From Marsupella aquatica (lineage: Eukaryota > Plantae > Marchantiophyta): a stretch of DNA of 64,000 nucleotides. The translations under genes were made by a program, and so were the position numbers. A model generated the notes under the pieces. It had not been told where the DNA came from. It searched no databases and worked only from the letters and a program-made list of their open reading frames with translations. The DNA lies in assembly GCA_973895155.1 (NCBI GenBank), contig OZ316895.1, positions 22,890,558 through 22,954,557 of the forward strand, written 5' to 3'. Below, piece after piece: positions 12,616 through 28,079 of this stretch (positions are counted from its first letter, which is position 1; each line of letters begins with the position of its first letter).

Positions 12616-14286
12616 TATGTTATGTATATAACTATGTTATAAACTATTGAACATACTCGATGTATCTGTTATGTCAAATTTAATTGTGCTATTAAAACAA
12701 GACGACATTGAATACAAATTAACACTATATCTTGTCAGTTTGTCAAAGAAAAAGTCTTCCAGTAATTTTTTACTCTTGAGTCCAAAGTAATAATAATTCA
12801 CACATGCAAGAAATACTTTTATAAACGTGAGTAACACTAATTGATAAGTGTGCCCAAAATCTCTTGCTCCCAAATAAGTGTAAGCAACGCTAATTAAGGT
12901 CATTAATTGTGTAATATCCTCCATGTGATATGCAGTTTTGCATAATGCACTGAAGATTTATCTAACATAAATAAATAACGATGCAGATATGTCCATCTGT
13001 GACACACCTTCTTGTAGGCCAAATGCAATGGCCTGAACATTACTCCATCATTATTTAAAAGAATCATTTGCAAAACCTTTGTGATTGATGGTTGAGCTAG
13101 AAAATTAAACTTATTTGTAAACATAGGTGCTCGCAAGCCCCCGCACGGGCCTCACTTAACGAGGGGGATCCCATATCACGCACGGGTTTCTACTATCTGT
13201 CCCCCTTGCTAGATTTCTAAGCAGTTCATGCAAAATAATATCACCACAGTGCCTTGCTACTAGACTTCAATCCATGCTGTCAATGAACATACCAAATCTC
13301 AATGATAGTGGCTAATCCCAAAGTAAAGGTCCAAAAAATGGAAACTAGTTAATGATTATGGTCAACAAAAGCTCAACAAAACTGAGTCAACTAACAATGT
13401 GAGAACAAAAGTAAAAAAGAAAAAGGAAAGTTGTTAGCGAGTAAATGTTTGTTAACAATTCAAGGAAATCATTGTTAGCAAAAATTATTGTTGCCCCGCT
13501 CACAATAACAATTATTCTCTCAACAGATGTAAATTGCATAAATGTAACATAATTTTGTCTGAAAACAGTGGCAATCATGTATTTTAAGTTTACCGATTTG
13601 CATCCTAGCCACCACCTTCTGTCCAGTTGCTGCGGATTGCGGAGACTGGTATTACACGCCATGACCCCTGGACAAGGAAGGTGAACACTTCCAAGAGACC
13701 ACGTGTTGTCTAATCGATGGACTTATAGAGAGTACTTCATTGTTTCTGGCACTAACATGGGTGTTGGTGATAGCAAGCGGCCAGTATGCTAGGAAACCCA
13801 TACATGATGATGAATTTGTTCTTCAAAAGACCAGCAATTGCGCCATCCCAAGTTGATATTACAGCTAGTTCATTTCCCTCCAAATAAAGGTCAAACAATG
13901 AGCCAAAGGTCAAGTAAACCAGATAGCAGGCGTGAGGTGTACCTTGAAATAATGAAAGTGAAAGAAAATCTGAGATTTGGCTTGCCACTAGCCAACGAGG
14001 GGTTCCTGTCCATCAGTTAGGCAAGCCGGACTTCTCATGTCTAACCAGCACCCAGCGCCTTTGAATAGTAACCAAACTTCTCCAGCGAGTTCTGTTTGAT
14101 GGATTTATGATATTTGGAGGAATTATAAAACAATACGGTTTCCTGGCTATAAGATATTTGAATGTGAATAGACATGAATAGACAAAGGTCATCAATCGAC
14201 AAAGGCCATCAAGCAATGCTCATTGTTTTTGAGATACATAATGTCTCATCCTTCTTTCCATGGACATAAATTTGGTGGGCCCTAAG

Positions 14287-14687
14287 TGTTAAGCATAGAC
14301 GACATTCGCAACGGCAAGCCCATGAACCATCCAATACACAATAGTCGACACATGCAGAGAGATACGTGGTTCACCTCCACATGAGGCTACGTCCACGGGA
14401 ACACACAAGAGCTTAAATATTGCACTCTAGGCCGACAGGCCATACCAAGCATCCACAACACAAGCTCTCCTTATCTCTCAACTAGCTCCGTAACAATGAG
14501 CTTAAGTTCCCCCAGGGTCTGGCATCAGCCCTGGCTATACTCACAACAGCACTACCGCTAACATTAGTTAAGTCTTAACCCGAGTTAGCCTAACTGTGGT
14601 TAGCTCATGAGTCACAAGACTAGAGCAATATCTAACACTAAGGGTTATGGTCTAGAGGCTTCACTCTAGAAGCCTAGACCCCCAACA
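14287..14687 (-). mobile_element. Solo LTR related to the copia element at 50791-57253
   Basis: TGTT...CCCAACA termini. The first about 125 bp closely match, and the next about 90 bp loosely match, the LTRs at 50791 and 56797 (e.g. CGCAACGGCAAGCCCATGAACCATCCAA, GAGGCTACGTCCACGGGAACACACAAGAG). No internal region follows. Confidence 0.85.
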
Positions 14688-15539
14688 ATGGGCTCTGTTC
14701 AAGATTTATTAGTATGATTGAAGAAAAACACTTTTATGGTTCTATTGCAAACAAACCTTCTTGTTTGAATTATATCAACAGTTTCAAGTAGGGGGTTTTT
14801 GCATCTGTGATATTTGTAAGAGTTGCATAACCATTATGACAAGCATCAGGTGTGCACTAACCTGGGTTTGCACTACATTGTAAGTGTGAAAACCATAGAA
14901 CTGCACATTTATCAGTAAGAGAGTAAGTTTTCCAGTGAGCAGTCTTGTGACTCCCAACCCGTTGTACATTGCTTCACTAAATTTGGTATGCTACTCTGTA
15001 GCCACATTCTTTTACTATACTAAAAATGGGCATGCAGTTATCATCACATGTAATTTGACAAGATGGTGCTTTTACCAATAAGTATTGAGGGTTACTCTTA
15101 TAAAGCTGTGGTTTTTCAGAAATATTCAGGCCGTTTTTGCACTGACGTAACTTGCAAAAAAATGAAAGTAGGTTACTCTCATAAAGTTACTTTAAAAACT
15201 TGCAAAAAGGTGAAAACTCTGTTAAAAAAGGGAACAACAGCACGTCTTGCAGCTAGCAGGGTTTTACACTTGTGGAGTTTACAAAAAGTACAAAAACACT
15301 GTAAACTCAGTCAAGGCAATTTGGAAAGAACAGGACGTATTGAAAATAGCCAGAATTTGCACTTAGATAGAGCCAACTTTAGGTTGTATGTCGAGGCTCT
15401 ACCCTACTACTGATTGACATTAGAGTGAAAGCCATGGATCACCACTAAACCTGCAACAGTTACTCCTTTTGATAGAATATAAAGATTGTGGGTGTCTAAA
15501 CATTTTTAGAGGTCTCTACTATTCTATAATTTCCCGAGC

Positions 15540-16070
15540 AAACAATTATGATCAAAGTTACCAGTGTGTAGCCATTTTTAAAGGTCCCTGTTATTTCCAT
15601 GATCTCCTGCCTGGAAATTGTGATCATGTGAAGTTATTGATCATGTGTAACCAATTTAAAAAGTATTTCCGTAATGTCCTGCCTGAAATTTTATGATCAT
15701 GCCATTTTAAAAGGTCCCAATTGTTTCCATAGCCCCCGTGCCTGGAAAGTTATAATCATTTGTAACCATTTTAAAATGCCCCTGTTATTTCCATACCCCC
15801 CCCTGCCTGGAAAGTTATGATCATGTGTAACCATTTTAAAAAGTACTTGCTGTTTCCATGATATCAACCATTTTAAAAAGTACTTGCTGTTTCCATGATA
15901 TCAACCATTTTGGAAGCACCCTGCTGTATCCATAAACCCCTGCCAGGAAATTTATAATCACTAACTTTTGGCCGTACCATATTTGCATACTGTAATACTA
16001 TAATCCCCTTCCCGGGAAATTATGATCATCACCTTTTGGCCGTACCATATTTCCATACTATAATACTGTC
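15540..16070. repeat. Degenerate tandem/nested repeats
   Basis: Recurring CCATTTTAAA.G...CCTG.T.TTTCCAT...TGCCTGGAAA.TTATGATCA units, with a near-perfect 37-bp pair at about 15829-15910. Confidence 0.75.
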
Positions 16071-18806
16071 TAGGCTGGGGGTTAGATTGGTTTTTTCCTG
16101 ACCAGATTGACTTCTGCGCTGGGGTTCTAGATTGGTTTTCAGATTGACTTTACTATAATGAATATGCGTAGCACCCCACCGCAATGTTAGTATCTTCCAG
16201 ACGAGAAAGGAATGCAGTTCAGGGATGGCAAGCATCTATTCTCCTACTGATTGAAGCTCGAATGAAGCTCGAATTTTAACGAAGGATTGTGAGGAATCGT
16301 TTGGTGGGTACTACTCTCCTGCTGCCGAATCGAACTGGACATACTTTCGAAGCTCAGAAGAAGGTAATGATGGTGTCCCTCATATAGTCAAATTCAACGA
16401 GAAAATTGTGCTGACCGATGACTTTGACAATCACAACCAGAATGAAAAGTGAATCCGTCAATGATAATCATACGGCCTACGTAGCATTTCGGTGCACGTG
16501 AACAGATGCCATGGTTATGATGACGGAATGGAAACGGGCAGTTCAACTTCGTTTCCGCGAAATACTCCGGAGAATATGGAGGTTGGAGAGGTCTAGTCTA
16601 ACACTCGCTCGGTGTCGTTAGTTCTTATCTCTAGTACCGATTAAAACCGGCGGAGATTTTTAACACCCTCGACGGAATGCTTCTTTTTCAAAAGGAACGG
16701 ATCGGCTGGGCCGGCGGGATGAGGAACGCGTCGTGCCAGTAGCCGATTGCAGATCCATGTCGTGACCCCGCGATCAGAGCGAGAATGATTGTGGAAACAG
16801 GCTTGTCCGAGGCTTGACTGAAAATGGGTGCCCGCGTGATAAGGGCCGCCTCGGCTGGCTATGAGCTGTTTTACCTGTCCGCAAAATCAGACAAACTGCC
16901 ATCACCTCGCTCGATGCCAGCAGTAATTGCCGACACCGGATTCATGGCAATCTGGGTGAAGAATAACAAACCATGATGCCGATGACAAACAGTGCCTATC
17001 GTAATGCCGCCCTTGACAATAACTAACCTTGAGATCATCATACTGTTGGACAATCATCCTTCGGACGATCCGCTCCGCCACGGACTTTGCCATAAATACC
17101 GACACTAGGCTTCCAACATATTGGTACGACAAGGAATCGCCAAGACGCGACTGATGTGTTTCACTGTCATCGTGCCCCCACGATCTGTCACAGCGCTAAT
17201 TCTGGCGGCTTTGTATGAGGAAATGATACTCCACCTTCGGGGTTCCCTCTCAACGTACTGGTGAGTGTCTTCCTTCCGTCCGAAACAGTTGACGAACAGG
17301 AGTACGAATAAAGTATCAGGTAAGAATCTTACAACAGAAAAAGGAACTCCAAAGGGTAGGGAGGCTAAGGTACGCGTCGTGGCGATCAAGGAGGAGAAAA
17401 AGTGGTGAGACGATTCCAATCCGTTCCCCAGGGCCATGACATTCGCATCACCAGGACCACATTTTCGAAGACGAGCAGGATTGGGTCGAGGTAGATCACC
17501 TACAAAGAGCAGGCACTTCTACCTACTTCGGCAGCCTCCGACCAGGAACGGGTTTGCCAAACCGGAAAATATCACGTGCTTGCCTGAAGTGATTTTACCA
17601 GCACTACAAACAGAAACTGCCCCTCCCAGCAAGCGGAGAACGGTAAAGAACTTGTCGTCGCTACCTCCAGAGAAGATGAGGAATTGCACAACAGAAACAG
17701 GAAACATTAAATGACGCGACTTTAATCAGTTTTAAACAGTTATCCAATGCTGAAATTCACAGGCACAAGCACGTTGAGGGAATCATCACCACATCGATGT
17801 CATGAAAACACCTCTTCAGCTCCTTGTTGGCCTGGCTTCTGAACACTTGAGAGTACATTTGTAATGGGCAGACAAACCCCAGTTATAAATTACAGCTCCT
17901 GTGACAACTCCACGCACTCTCCCAACGCAGAAACAGGTAACATACGCACACTACTGTGTGCCACTATAGCGCGGGAGGGACGACTACGAAACGGAGGCCT
18001 CCTAATCCTCCTTCTGCCATAATCGAAGTTGAACCGTAACCTGTCTGCTAGACACAACCGGTATCTTGAAGGGTGCATGTATTCCACAAGGTACTTCAGC
18101 TATTATTCCTTACATCGAATCAATGTAACATCCTGCCACACTGTACGCGGAAGCCTACACATTGATCTTAAGACTAGATCTTGAGTTCGTCTTTGGACAG
18201 ACTACACGAAACTTGGACCCGTACTGGCTTGATATGGTTGGATCTCCCAACCATTTTGAAAATCTTGAAAGCCAGAACCGAAAATATGGTGCAGACAAGG
18301 GAGGAAACCACGTACTTGAAAAGCACCGTAACCTCCAGGGTTTTACATTCTACGCCATCTATTGTGACACCTAAGAAATTAAGACTTGCAGCCACGAAAG
18401 AGAGAAATTCCAGTGGAGCAATCCCAATTGGTACTAATGAGTCTCGCCTAAGAGATCAGTACAGCGGCGCAGTTTTGGCCGCACTGAAACTATGTCAAAT
18501 ACCTTTGACCAAATTACTTCAGAATAGGCCCTTCGGTCAAGCATACTATAAACAACCCACTACAAAAACACACCGAATGTCCCATTGCTACGGTCCGTGG
18601 AGAAGAGATTAAATGAGCTGGGCCCTAACTCCACAAGAAGGTGGACAGTGATGTAAGTGGTAACCAAGAGCACAACCTTTTAACCTGCCTAATAGCCCAG
18701 CTCGGTGTATCGAATGTCCCACTCCAGGACTAGCCCATGCCGTAATTTAAGATTAAGGATAGAAGACTCCGCCATCAGACAAGCCGAAGACCAGCCAGTC
18801 GAGCCA

Positions 18807-20861
<2,055 letters not shown>

Positions 20862-21659
20862 TTATCTTCAGAGGCTCTCATACCCCCACCAACGTCGCAA
20901 ACCAGCCCCCATACACTCCCTTTAGAAAAGCTCCTAGACGATCAGTTCCTCCATAGCCCAAAGATTCACACATGACCATTCCGGCAAATTTCCACACCAG
21001 TCCCGGATGATCTTCTTCTCTCACTGGAGAACAGAATGCTTTCCCTGCCCGTTCTTCCACATGTGACACCCCTATCGCATAACAGCACCACGAGACGTGT
21101 AGCAATGGCAGGCCACTTCCTCCATAGTGCAGCGAGAGACTCACGGGACTCTACCAAATCGGCGGCACCAGATATTAAAAAGCCCAACAAACCAAACCGT
21201 ATTACCTTCTATGCCAAACCTCCCCTCTCGTTGCCCCGCTCTATTCACCTGTTTACCTTCGCCAGCCACCAGTCGCTATTATCCCGCCAAACGCCTTTGG
21301 TACAAACCATGTCACTTGTTCCGTTCTCTTCAGCAACGTCTCCGAATCTGTAAGGTGACTCGCAGGACGTCCAGTGAACCACACGGAAAGAAGATCGACA
21401 CCTGGGCTTTTCCCAGCTCACCTCCCCATAGCGGGCTCGCCTCGCCTCGCCTCTTCTTCCCCTCCCCGCTGTTACCAACAACTCCCTACCTCACTCAGCC
21501 CCTACCAAATCACCCACAGAACGAGATGAAACGACCTGTCCTCCGCTCCTCCTCTGGAATATCCTCAACGGCACTGCCAACAAACCAGCCCAAGCTTTGC
21601 TTCGACTTCTCCTCCTTCCTTGCCCTCTCTCACGGCCGGACAGTGGACTCAAACACCGA

Positions 21660-22290
21660 GAACAACGACAGCAGCAGCAGCAGAAGAAGAAGAAGAAGAA
21701 GCAGCAGCTCGGCGCAAGCGAGCAAGCACGGCGACGGTGGTGGCGGACAGACAGGCGTTGTTCCTTTCCAAGCAAACTTCTCCTCCACCCACAACCTTCT
21801 TTCTCTCCCTCCCTCTGCTTTGCCGCTCTCTCTCCCCTCTCTCGATGGATCGATCTTTCCCACCCTCCCCTGCCTGCCTGCCTCGCCTGCCAGACCCCAC
21901 CCGACCAGACCAGACCACACCAGACCACACCAGACCGTCGTCAACAACAGCACTCTTGCGCGCGTTTGCTGCATTCCCCACCTCCGTCCCTCCTCCTCGA
22001 ACGCCACACATCAGACGCCCGATCCAAGCCACGCTTGCTGCACCTCGATCGCCTCCTCCCCCGCCCGACCGCCCGCCTGCCCTTTGCCCCTTTGCCCTTT
22101 GCCCCTCTGCCCTTGCCTTGACTCGCGTTGCCGTGCCTTTGCCCCTTTGCCCTTTGCCCTTGCCTTGACCCGCGTTGCCTTGCCTTTGCCCCTTTGTTTG
22201 CCCTTGCCTTGACTCGCGTTGCCTTGCCTTTTGCCTCGCCTCGCCTCGCCTCGCTCGCCTGCCCCGCTGTGCTTCGTCCGCGCTTTTGCT
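21660..22290 (-). repeat. Low-complexity and microsatellite tracts in the probable ROP 5' leader/proximal promoter
   Basis: (CAG)n(AAG)n, (CAGAC)n, (TTGCCC[T/C])n and (CCTCG)n tracts in a CpG-rich region upstream of the ROP ATG. Confidence 0.7.
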
Positions 22291-24026
22291 CGCTCGCCTG
22301 CGCCCAGACCTGCATTACCCTATACCTCTACTCTACAGTCCCTCCCTCTCTACCTGCGTCCAAGGACACACGGCCACACGCATCGAACGCCACAGCAAGA
22401 CGCCGAAGCAGGCGAAAGAGCAAGGCCAACGTTCCATTTCCCGCACGAGGGTGAGGGTGAGGGTGAGGGTGCAATTGAGGGAGAAAACGGAAAAGGTGGT
22501 GAAGTCGTGAACGGCTGGTGGGAGAGGAGGGTGGGGGCAGCGTTTTTGAGGTGGCATAAATTCGTTACATTTCAAAAACTCTTCTACCCACTTTTGCCGT
22601 TGTTACATTTCACGCATTCAATGATGGTGAAGCAAGGCCAACATTCCATTTTGCGTATGAGGGTGAGGGTGAGGGGAGGGTGAGATTGAGGGAGCAGGCG
22701 AAAGTGGCTCAATGGCTGGTGAGAGAGGAGGGTGGGGGTGGATCCGGTCCAGCGTTTTTTAGGAGGCAAGAATTTGTTACATATCACCTCTTTGAACGGT
22801 CTTTGCCACTTTTGGCATTCCATTTCCAGTCTGAGGGTGAGCGTGCCATCAAGGGAAAGAACAGAAAGGGGGTGAACAACTGATGAGGAGGATGGGGTGG
22901 ATCCAATCCATCATACTTTTAGTGGTAAAATTTGTTAGTGGCAAAATTTCACCTCTGAAAAGTCTTTGGCCCCTTTAAAAAAAATTTGCTAGGTTTCTTG
23001 TCTTTCCTGTTTCCCACCTGGCCACACATGATCCCCTTAGTCACAATGTGATGGTAGTTCTTCAATCTAGAGGGATTCCACACTTGATAACTAATCTCAT
23101 AAAATTACACAATAAATTTTTCTACCATCTCCTTCACACTAATTGACATTTGACCCTGGCAAACAAGGGAAAGATGTTAAAACTTATGCTGATATTTGGG
23201 TTAGGTGCAATCAAGGCGGAGCAAGTCGAAGGGGGTGAACCACTGACGATAGAGGAGGGTGGGGGTTGATCCGGTCCAGCATTTTTTCAGTGGAAAGAAT
23301 TAGTTATATGCCACTTCTCTGAAAGGTGCTCACCATTCCTGGCAAAATCTTGCTAGGTTTTTTCTTCCATTACCTACTGTAGTTCTCCCACCTAACCACA
23401 GACCCCGTTAGCCAGAAGAATCCGACGGTCAAAAATTAATCTTGAAAAATTTTGATAATGCACACATGGTGACATTTGCCACTCGCCGAACAAGAAAACC
23501 TTAAAAATTCGCTGATCGGGTCGAGTGCGATCAACAGGGAGCGAGCGGAAAGGGGGTGAACGACTCCAGCGGGTGGGGGTTGGGGCGGATCGGCTCGGCT
23601 TGGCTCGGGCCGGCTCGGGTCCGGTCCGGTCGAGGGAGCACGCACAAAGGGAGTGAAGGACTGACCAGAGAGGAGGGTGGGGGCCTGGCGGGCGTGAGGG
23701 GGGGAAATCTTGGCACGACAAACACCGGCACCGGCCCTCTGTCACTCTGTCGGACTATAACGGTCCATTCTCTTTCTGTGCTGTTTTTCGAAACGTGCAA
23801 ACATAGGGCAGTTCGACGAGATCGACGGCGAGGAATGATTATGACCAGACTTTTCTTGGAGAATATTCGTTCCATTGAGTGACCGGGGTTAGGGTCAAGC
23901 GAAATCTTGGCATGCTTTCCAATGACGGTCCGATGGCAATCGCGGATGAGAATGAGTTTTGCCAGGCGACTGTTTGCCGTTCTTGGACAGACTTTTATCG
24001 GTGTGGTTAGCTAATCTATTATTGTA

Positions 24027-24377
24027 CCAACATTCCAGTCACAGTATTCTATGCTCATTTGCTCACGCCATTTCCCCACAAATAATGGAGCTTTACCCTA
24101 GCCCAACATTGCAGCGATCCTACTCTATTCTCATCTGCTCACGCCATTTTCCCCACAAATAATGGAGCTTAACCCTAGCCCAACATTCCAGCGATACTAC
24201 TCTACTCTCGTTTTCTCAGGCCACTTTCTCACAAATAATGGGGCTTTACCCTAGCCCAACATTCCAGTGATAGTACTCTATGCTCATTGTCTCAGGCCGT
24301 TTTTCTTACAAATAATGGAGCTTTACCGTAGCCCAACAGTCCAGTGATACTACTCTATGCTCGTTTTCTCAGGCCAT
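24027..24377. repeat. 76-77-bp minisatellite, about 4.5 copies
   Basis: CCAACATTCCAG...TACTCTA..CTC...CACAAATAATGGAGCTTTACCCTAGC at 24027, 24103, 24180, 24256 and 24333. Confidence 0.9.
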
Positions 24378-27300
24378 TAATTGAGCTTTACCTTACCTTA
24401 AAGTACCCATCTACCTGTCTATTTATTATATACTTCCTATCTATAACTATAATAAAGGATCACCCTCTAAACTATCTTTCATCTCTATACAAAAAAAACT
24501 CCTAGGTGGGAAAGATACACAGCCATTGGATTCATTTGATTGTTTCCCTGACCATTGAAGAAGAAAATGGGCACCCTTAGCACATATGTGCTTCCCCACA
24601 CTGCCTCATATGTGCCCCGGCCCGACTCCCTATGGGCCGGCCCTCCTTGCGCCGTGCAATGTAGGGCCCTCAAGGGCATTGGCCCATCTATCTATAATTT
24701 GCTATCATTCATGACCTACACTGTACAATGAAGCAGTTGGGCTTTGACTAGTACAACACAATGTGATATTTAAACAATTCTTGTGTATGAGGGACCTCCA
24801 TGGGGGTCTGGGTAGAGGGAGCTCGTCCTAGGTATAGGCATGGGTATTCATGCCAGTTGTATAGGAAACTCAAAGCTGATGCTCTAGTCACCTATATTTT
24901 ATTTTTTGAGTTCCTGAGAAGGGACGGTGATCCCCCAGGTGTCGCATGCAGACCTTAGCTAACATCTTGTCCCTAGGTCCTTCAATCCATCCTACCGGCA
25001 TACGATACATGGTGCAACCAAATATTTGCAGGACTACATATTCTATTTGTGATGTGGACTGAAACTGGCACGTTCTCACAAGAGCTTCTTTGTCACTTCA
25101 TCCTCATGGATGTGACTACTCCTGTGCACCTAGAGTTAACCGGTTTGTACTGCAATAAGTATTTATGTCAGCCAATTGGCAACTAGACTGAATGTTAACT
25201 GAATAGGAGTAGAGCTAACTCATGCCTTGATGCCTTGTTCCCCTGAAAATGCTAGGCTAACTTTCCATGACAGAATGGGAGGAGGGAGTGGGGGTCAAAG
25301 CAAAATGTCAGGTGAGTCAATTCACTAGACCACCATCTTCTACTCAATTGTCTGGTAAGGTCTACTCACCCAGTGCTCCTATGTTGCATAGTGTTGTTGA
25401 AGTGAAAGTGTTGTCACTCTAGATGATGGTTGAACCAAGAGATTGTATGCGAAAAGATAGCTAAGAGAAGGTGAGTTGTGGATAGGGAGTCCATAGGGAG
25501 GGAGGGAAAACTTGCAAAGACAGGGAGCTTAGGGTTTAGTTTAAACTGGGAGGAGAGTCAATGGTGAAGCTCATGGTGAAGGCAAGAGTTGCATGTATGG
25601 AGGAGAAGCAGAGGTCGTGGCAATAGGGAGGAGACAAAATTCTGGGATAACCATGTTACCCAATAGTTTTACAGCATGATCAAACCTAAGCTATGCACAA
25701 GCACAACACATCTCACCCCAAAAAAGCTCAAGACTGCAAAATTCTGGCCAAGAACTCCAAATTCAAAATCAACCCCAACAAGCTCCAGTTTTCTCATCCC
25801 TTTTGAGGTTTGGAGTACAGAAGCAACTCTATCAAACAGAATAGATTACAAACTTGAAGCTTTGTTGCTTTAACATAGCACATTGTTGTCATTAATTGTT
25901 GATGCCCAATTAATAGATGATCTAGTTTGCACCTCACCTTGTGCTTGATGCCTGCCATCATCCACCATCCCATGTGCCAACTCGTGCTTGATTGCATCTG
26001 TCAATGTTTGAAATCTAATAGTTGAAGTTTCCAATCCATTTTCCCCTTTGCAAAGGCCTTACAGGCCTCATTTTAGCCCCCTCAAGGATGATCTAATCAG
26101 TGGTTGATTATATTGGACAGCCAGAAAAGGTTTGCATAGAAAAATTTTATTTTTTATTTTTTTTATTTACGTTTTTGGGCATGGGACTCTTTCTCTGTTT
26201 TTCCTGAAAAGGTCTCCTTTGGTTGCAGCTGATGGTATGGGATGGGATTGCATCTTATCAAAGGCAAGAAAATATTAGAAGATGGCCATCAATCCCATTG
26301 GTTGATGGCCATCAATCCCCAATACCTCCTAAAGGGGATGATGGTGAGGGGGGCGGAGCCATTAGAAAAATGGCTCTAATTATGGCTTCCCCTTGACACC
26401 CTTGGCTTAGTTGCATATTACGAACATGCCACCCAATCCCATCCTTTGCCTCTTCTAAAGCTCATTTCCTGGTAGGTTTCATTTATATGAAGATACTACT
26501 AGGAATGGACTTCTTTGGCAGAAGGCTTATAGTGTTTGAGATCTCTCACTTCATTTTCCTGGAGGGGCCATCTCTGCTGGAGCGTTGCCCCTGTGGACTA
26601 AACACCGTGCAGCCATATACACTTCACACAAGAGCATGGGACTTGCTAAGATATTTTCATGAGCAGGGGCCCCTCTGAGCGTATTTAGTATTCATGTTTA
26701 GGCACATAACATCAAAGCTTTACGATAATTTCCATATATTATCTCACATCCAACATTGAGTTGATAATGTCATCCTAATGAAAATAATTTTGAAAAAATG
26801 TCATGCAAGTTGAGGAATCTTAGGGGGTACAAGCACAACAGACAACAAATGACCAGTTACTTCCAAGATTTAGTCTTGATTTCATCAAAACTATTCATAT
26901 GAGCACTTAGGTGAAGTGACCAATTCTGGCTTTACATGAGAGTGACTATGCACTCCTATATAAAATCTCCCAATCCTACATTGACTCAACGGAGTCAGGC
27001 CCTCAAAATCCTTCTGTCATTGACTTTCCGTACCCATTGCCCACTGGTGGCTGCCCAAAGTATCCACGACTAAAAGAGGTTAACTACAGAAAATACTCTC
27101 ACAGTTCCATTCAGCAGGCTCTAGCATAGTGGTAGGTCATGCGAGTGGGTTGAGTCCTCCTGCAAGCGCGCCATATTTTACACAAACCCCACCCAAAAGT
27201 GGGGTTCAGACAAAGCTTGTGTGACACTTAGAAAAAATATATAAATTTGAATTTTTGTGGGCAGCAAGTAGGCAGTGAGCGACAGCAAAAGTAAGGAAGC

Positions 27301-27934
27301 CTTTAACTGCTTTCCAGGGACTCTCTCTCTGAATCAAAATTCTATTCAAGTCGAATGACAATATCAAGACTCATTAATGAGCCTTGCACGCTGCCTGCCC
27401 ACAGCCATCCCCATCCACTGCCCACAAAAGTTGTGATTGCAAATTGTTTTCTACGTGCCATAGGTGGTGAATGAACCCCACTTTTGGGTGGTGTTTGTTA
27501 CAAAGGAGACTCATGCCAGACAGGATTCGTACGCCACACCGGTTGGGCCCAACTCTGCTTGACCTCCAGTGAGGCAGCATCTGTTGCATAGAAATGGAGC
27601 CTCATCTTATGTAGTTATATTAGTGCTATGGTTGGGCAATGGCCAGGGGCAGTGATCTCACTAGGGGGTGTACCAGATCCCAACATTAACACACATAGAT
27701 ATGGCCAATTGCTCTAAAGAAATTATGGCCAAAGTTTTGAAATGGCCTCTTGCTCTTTTCTCATTAAGTCAGTACAGTCTTAAATGCATTAATTTGACCA
27801 AAGGTTTGAAACAAACTCTTGGTCTCCTCTGATTATGTCAGGAGAGTCTTAAATGCATTGTGCATTGTCTGACTGCCTGCTTTTTGGTCAATAGACTATC
27901 TAATAAATAGACCTTGTGGATTAGATATGGCAAA

Positions 27935-28079
27935 ACTCAATTGACCTGTTATTTTTGGGAGGTATTTGCTTGATCAACCCCCAAAATGAAAATTGTTACT
28001 TGATCGACTCAATTGACCTGTTATTTTTGGGAGGTATTTGCTTGATCAACCCCCAAAATGAAAATTGTTACTTGATCGA
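27935..28079. repeat. Perfect 72-bp tandem duplication
   Basis: ACTCAATTGACCTGTTATTTTTGGGAGG...TTACTTGATCGA at 27935 and 28007. Confidence 0.92.

Noticed and set aside
16200-18800. Additional gene downstream of ROP
   Set aside because: Only short unrelated ORFs with no recognisable motifs or consistent exon chain; more likely 3' UTR or intergenic.
21127-22683. Long overlapping ORFs (up to 361 aa) upstream of ROP
   Set aside because: All six frames are open because of GC-rich microsatellite sequence; translations are low-complexity with no domain.
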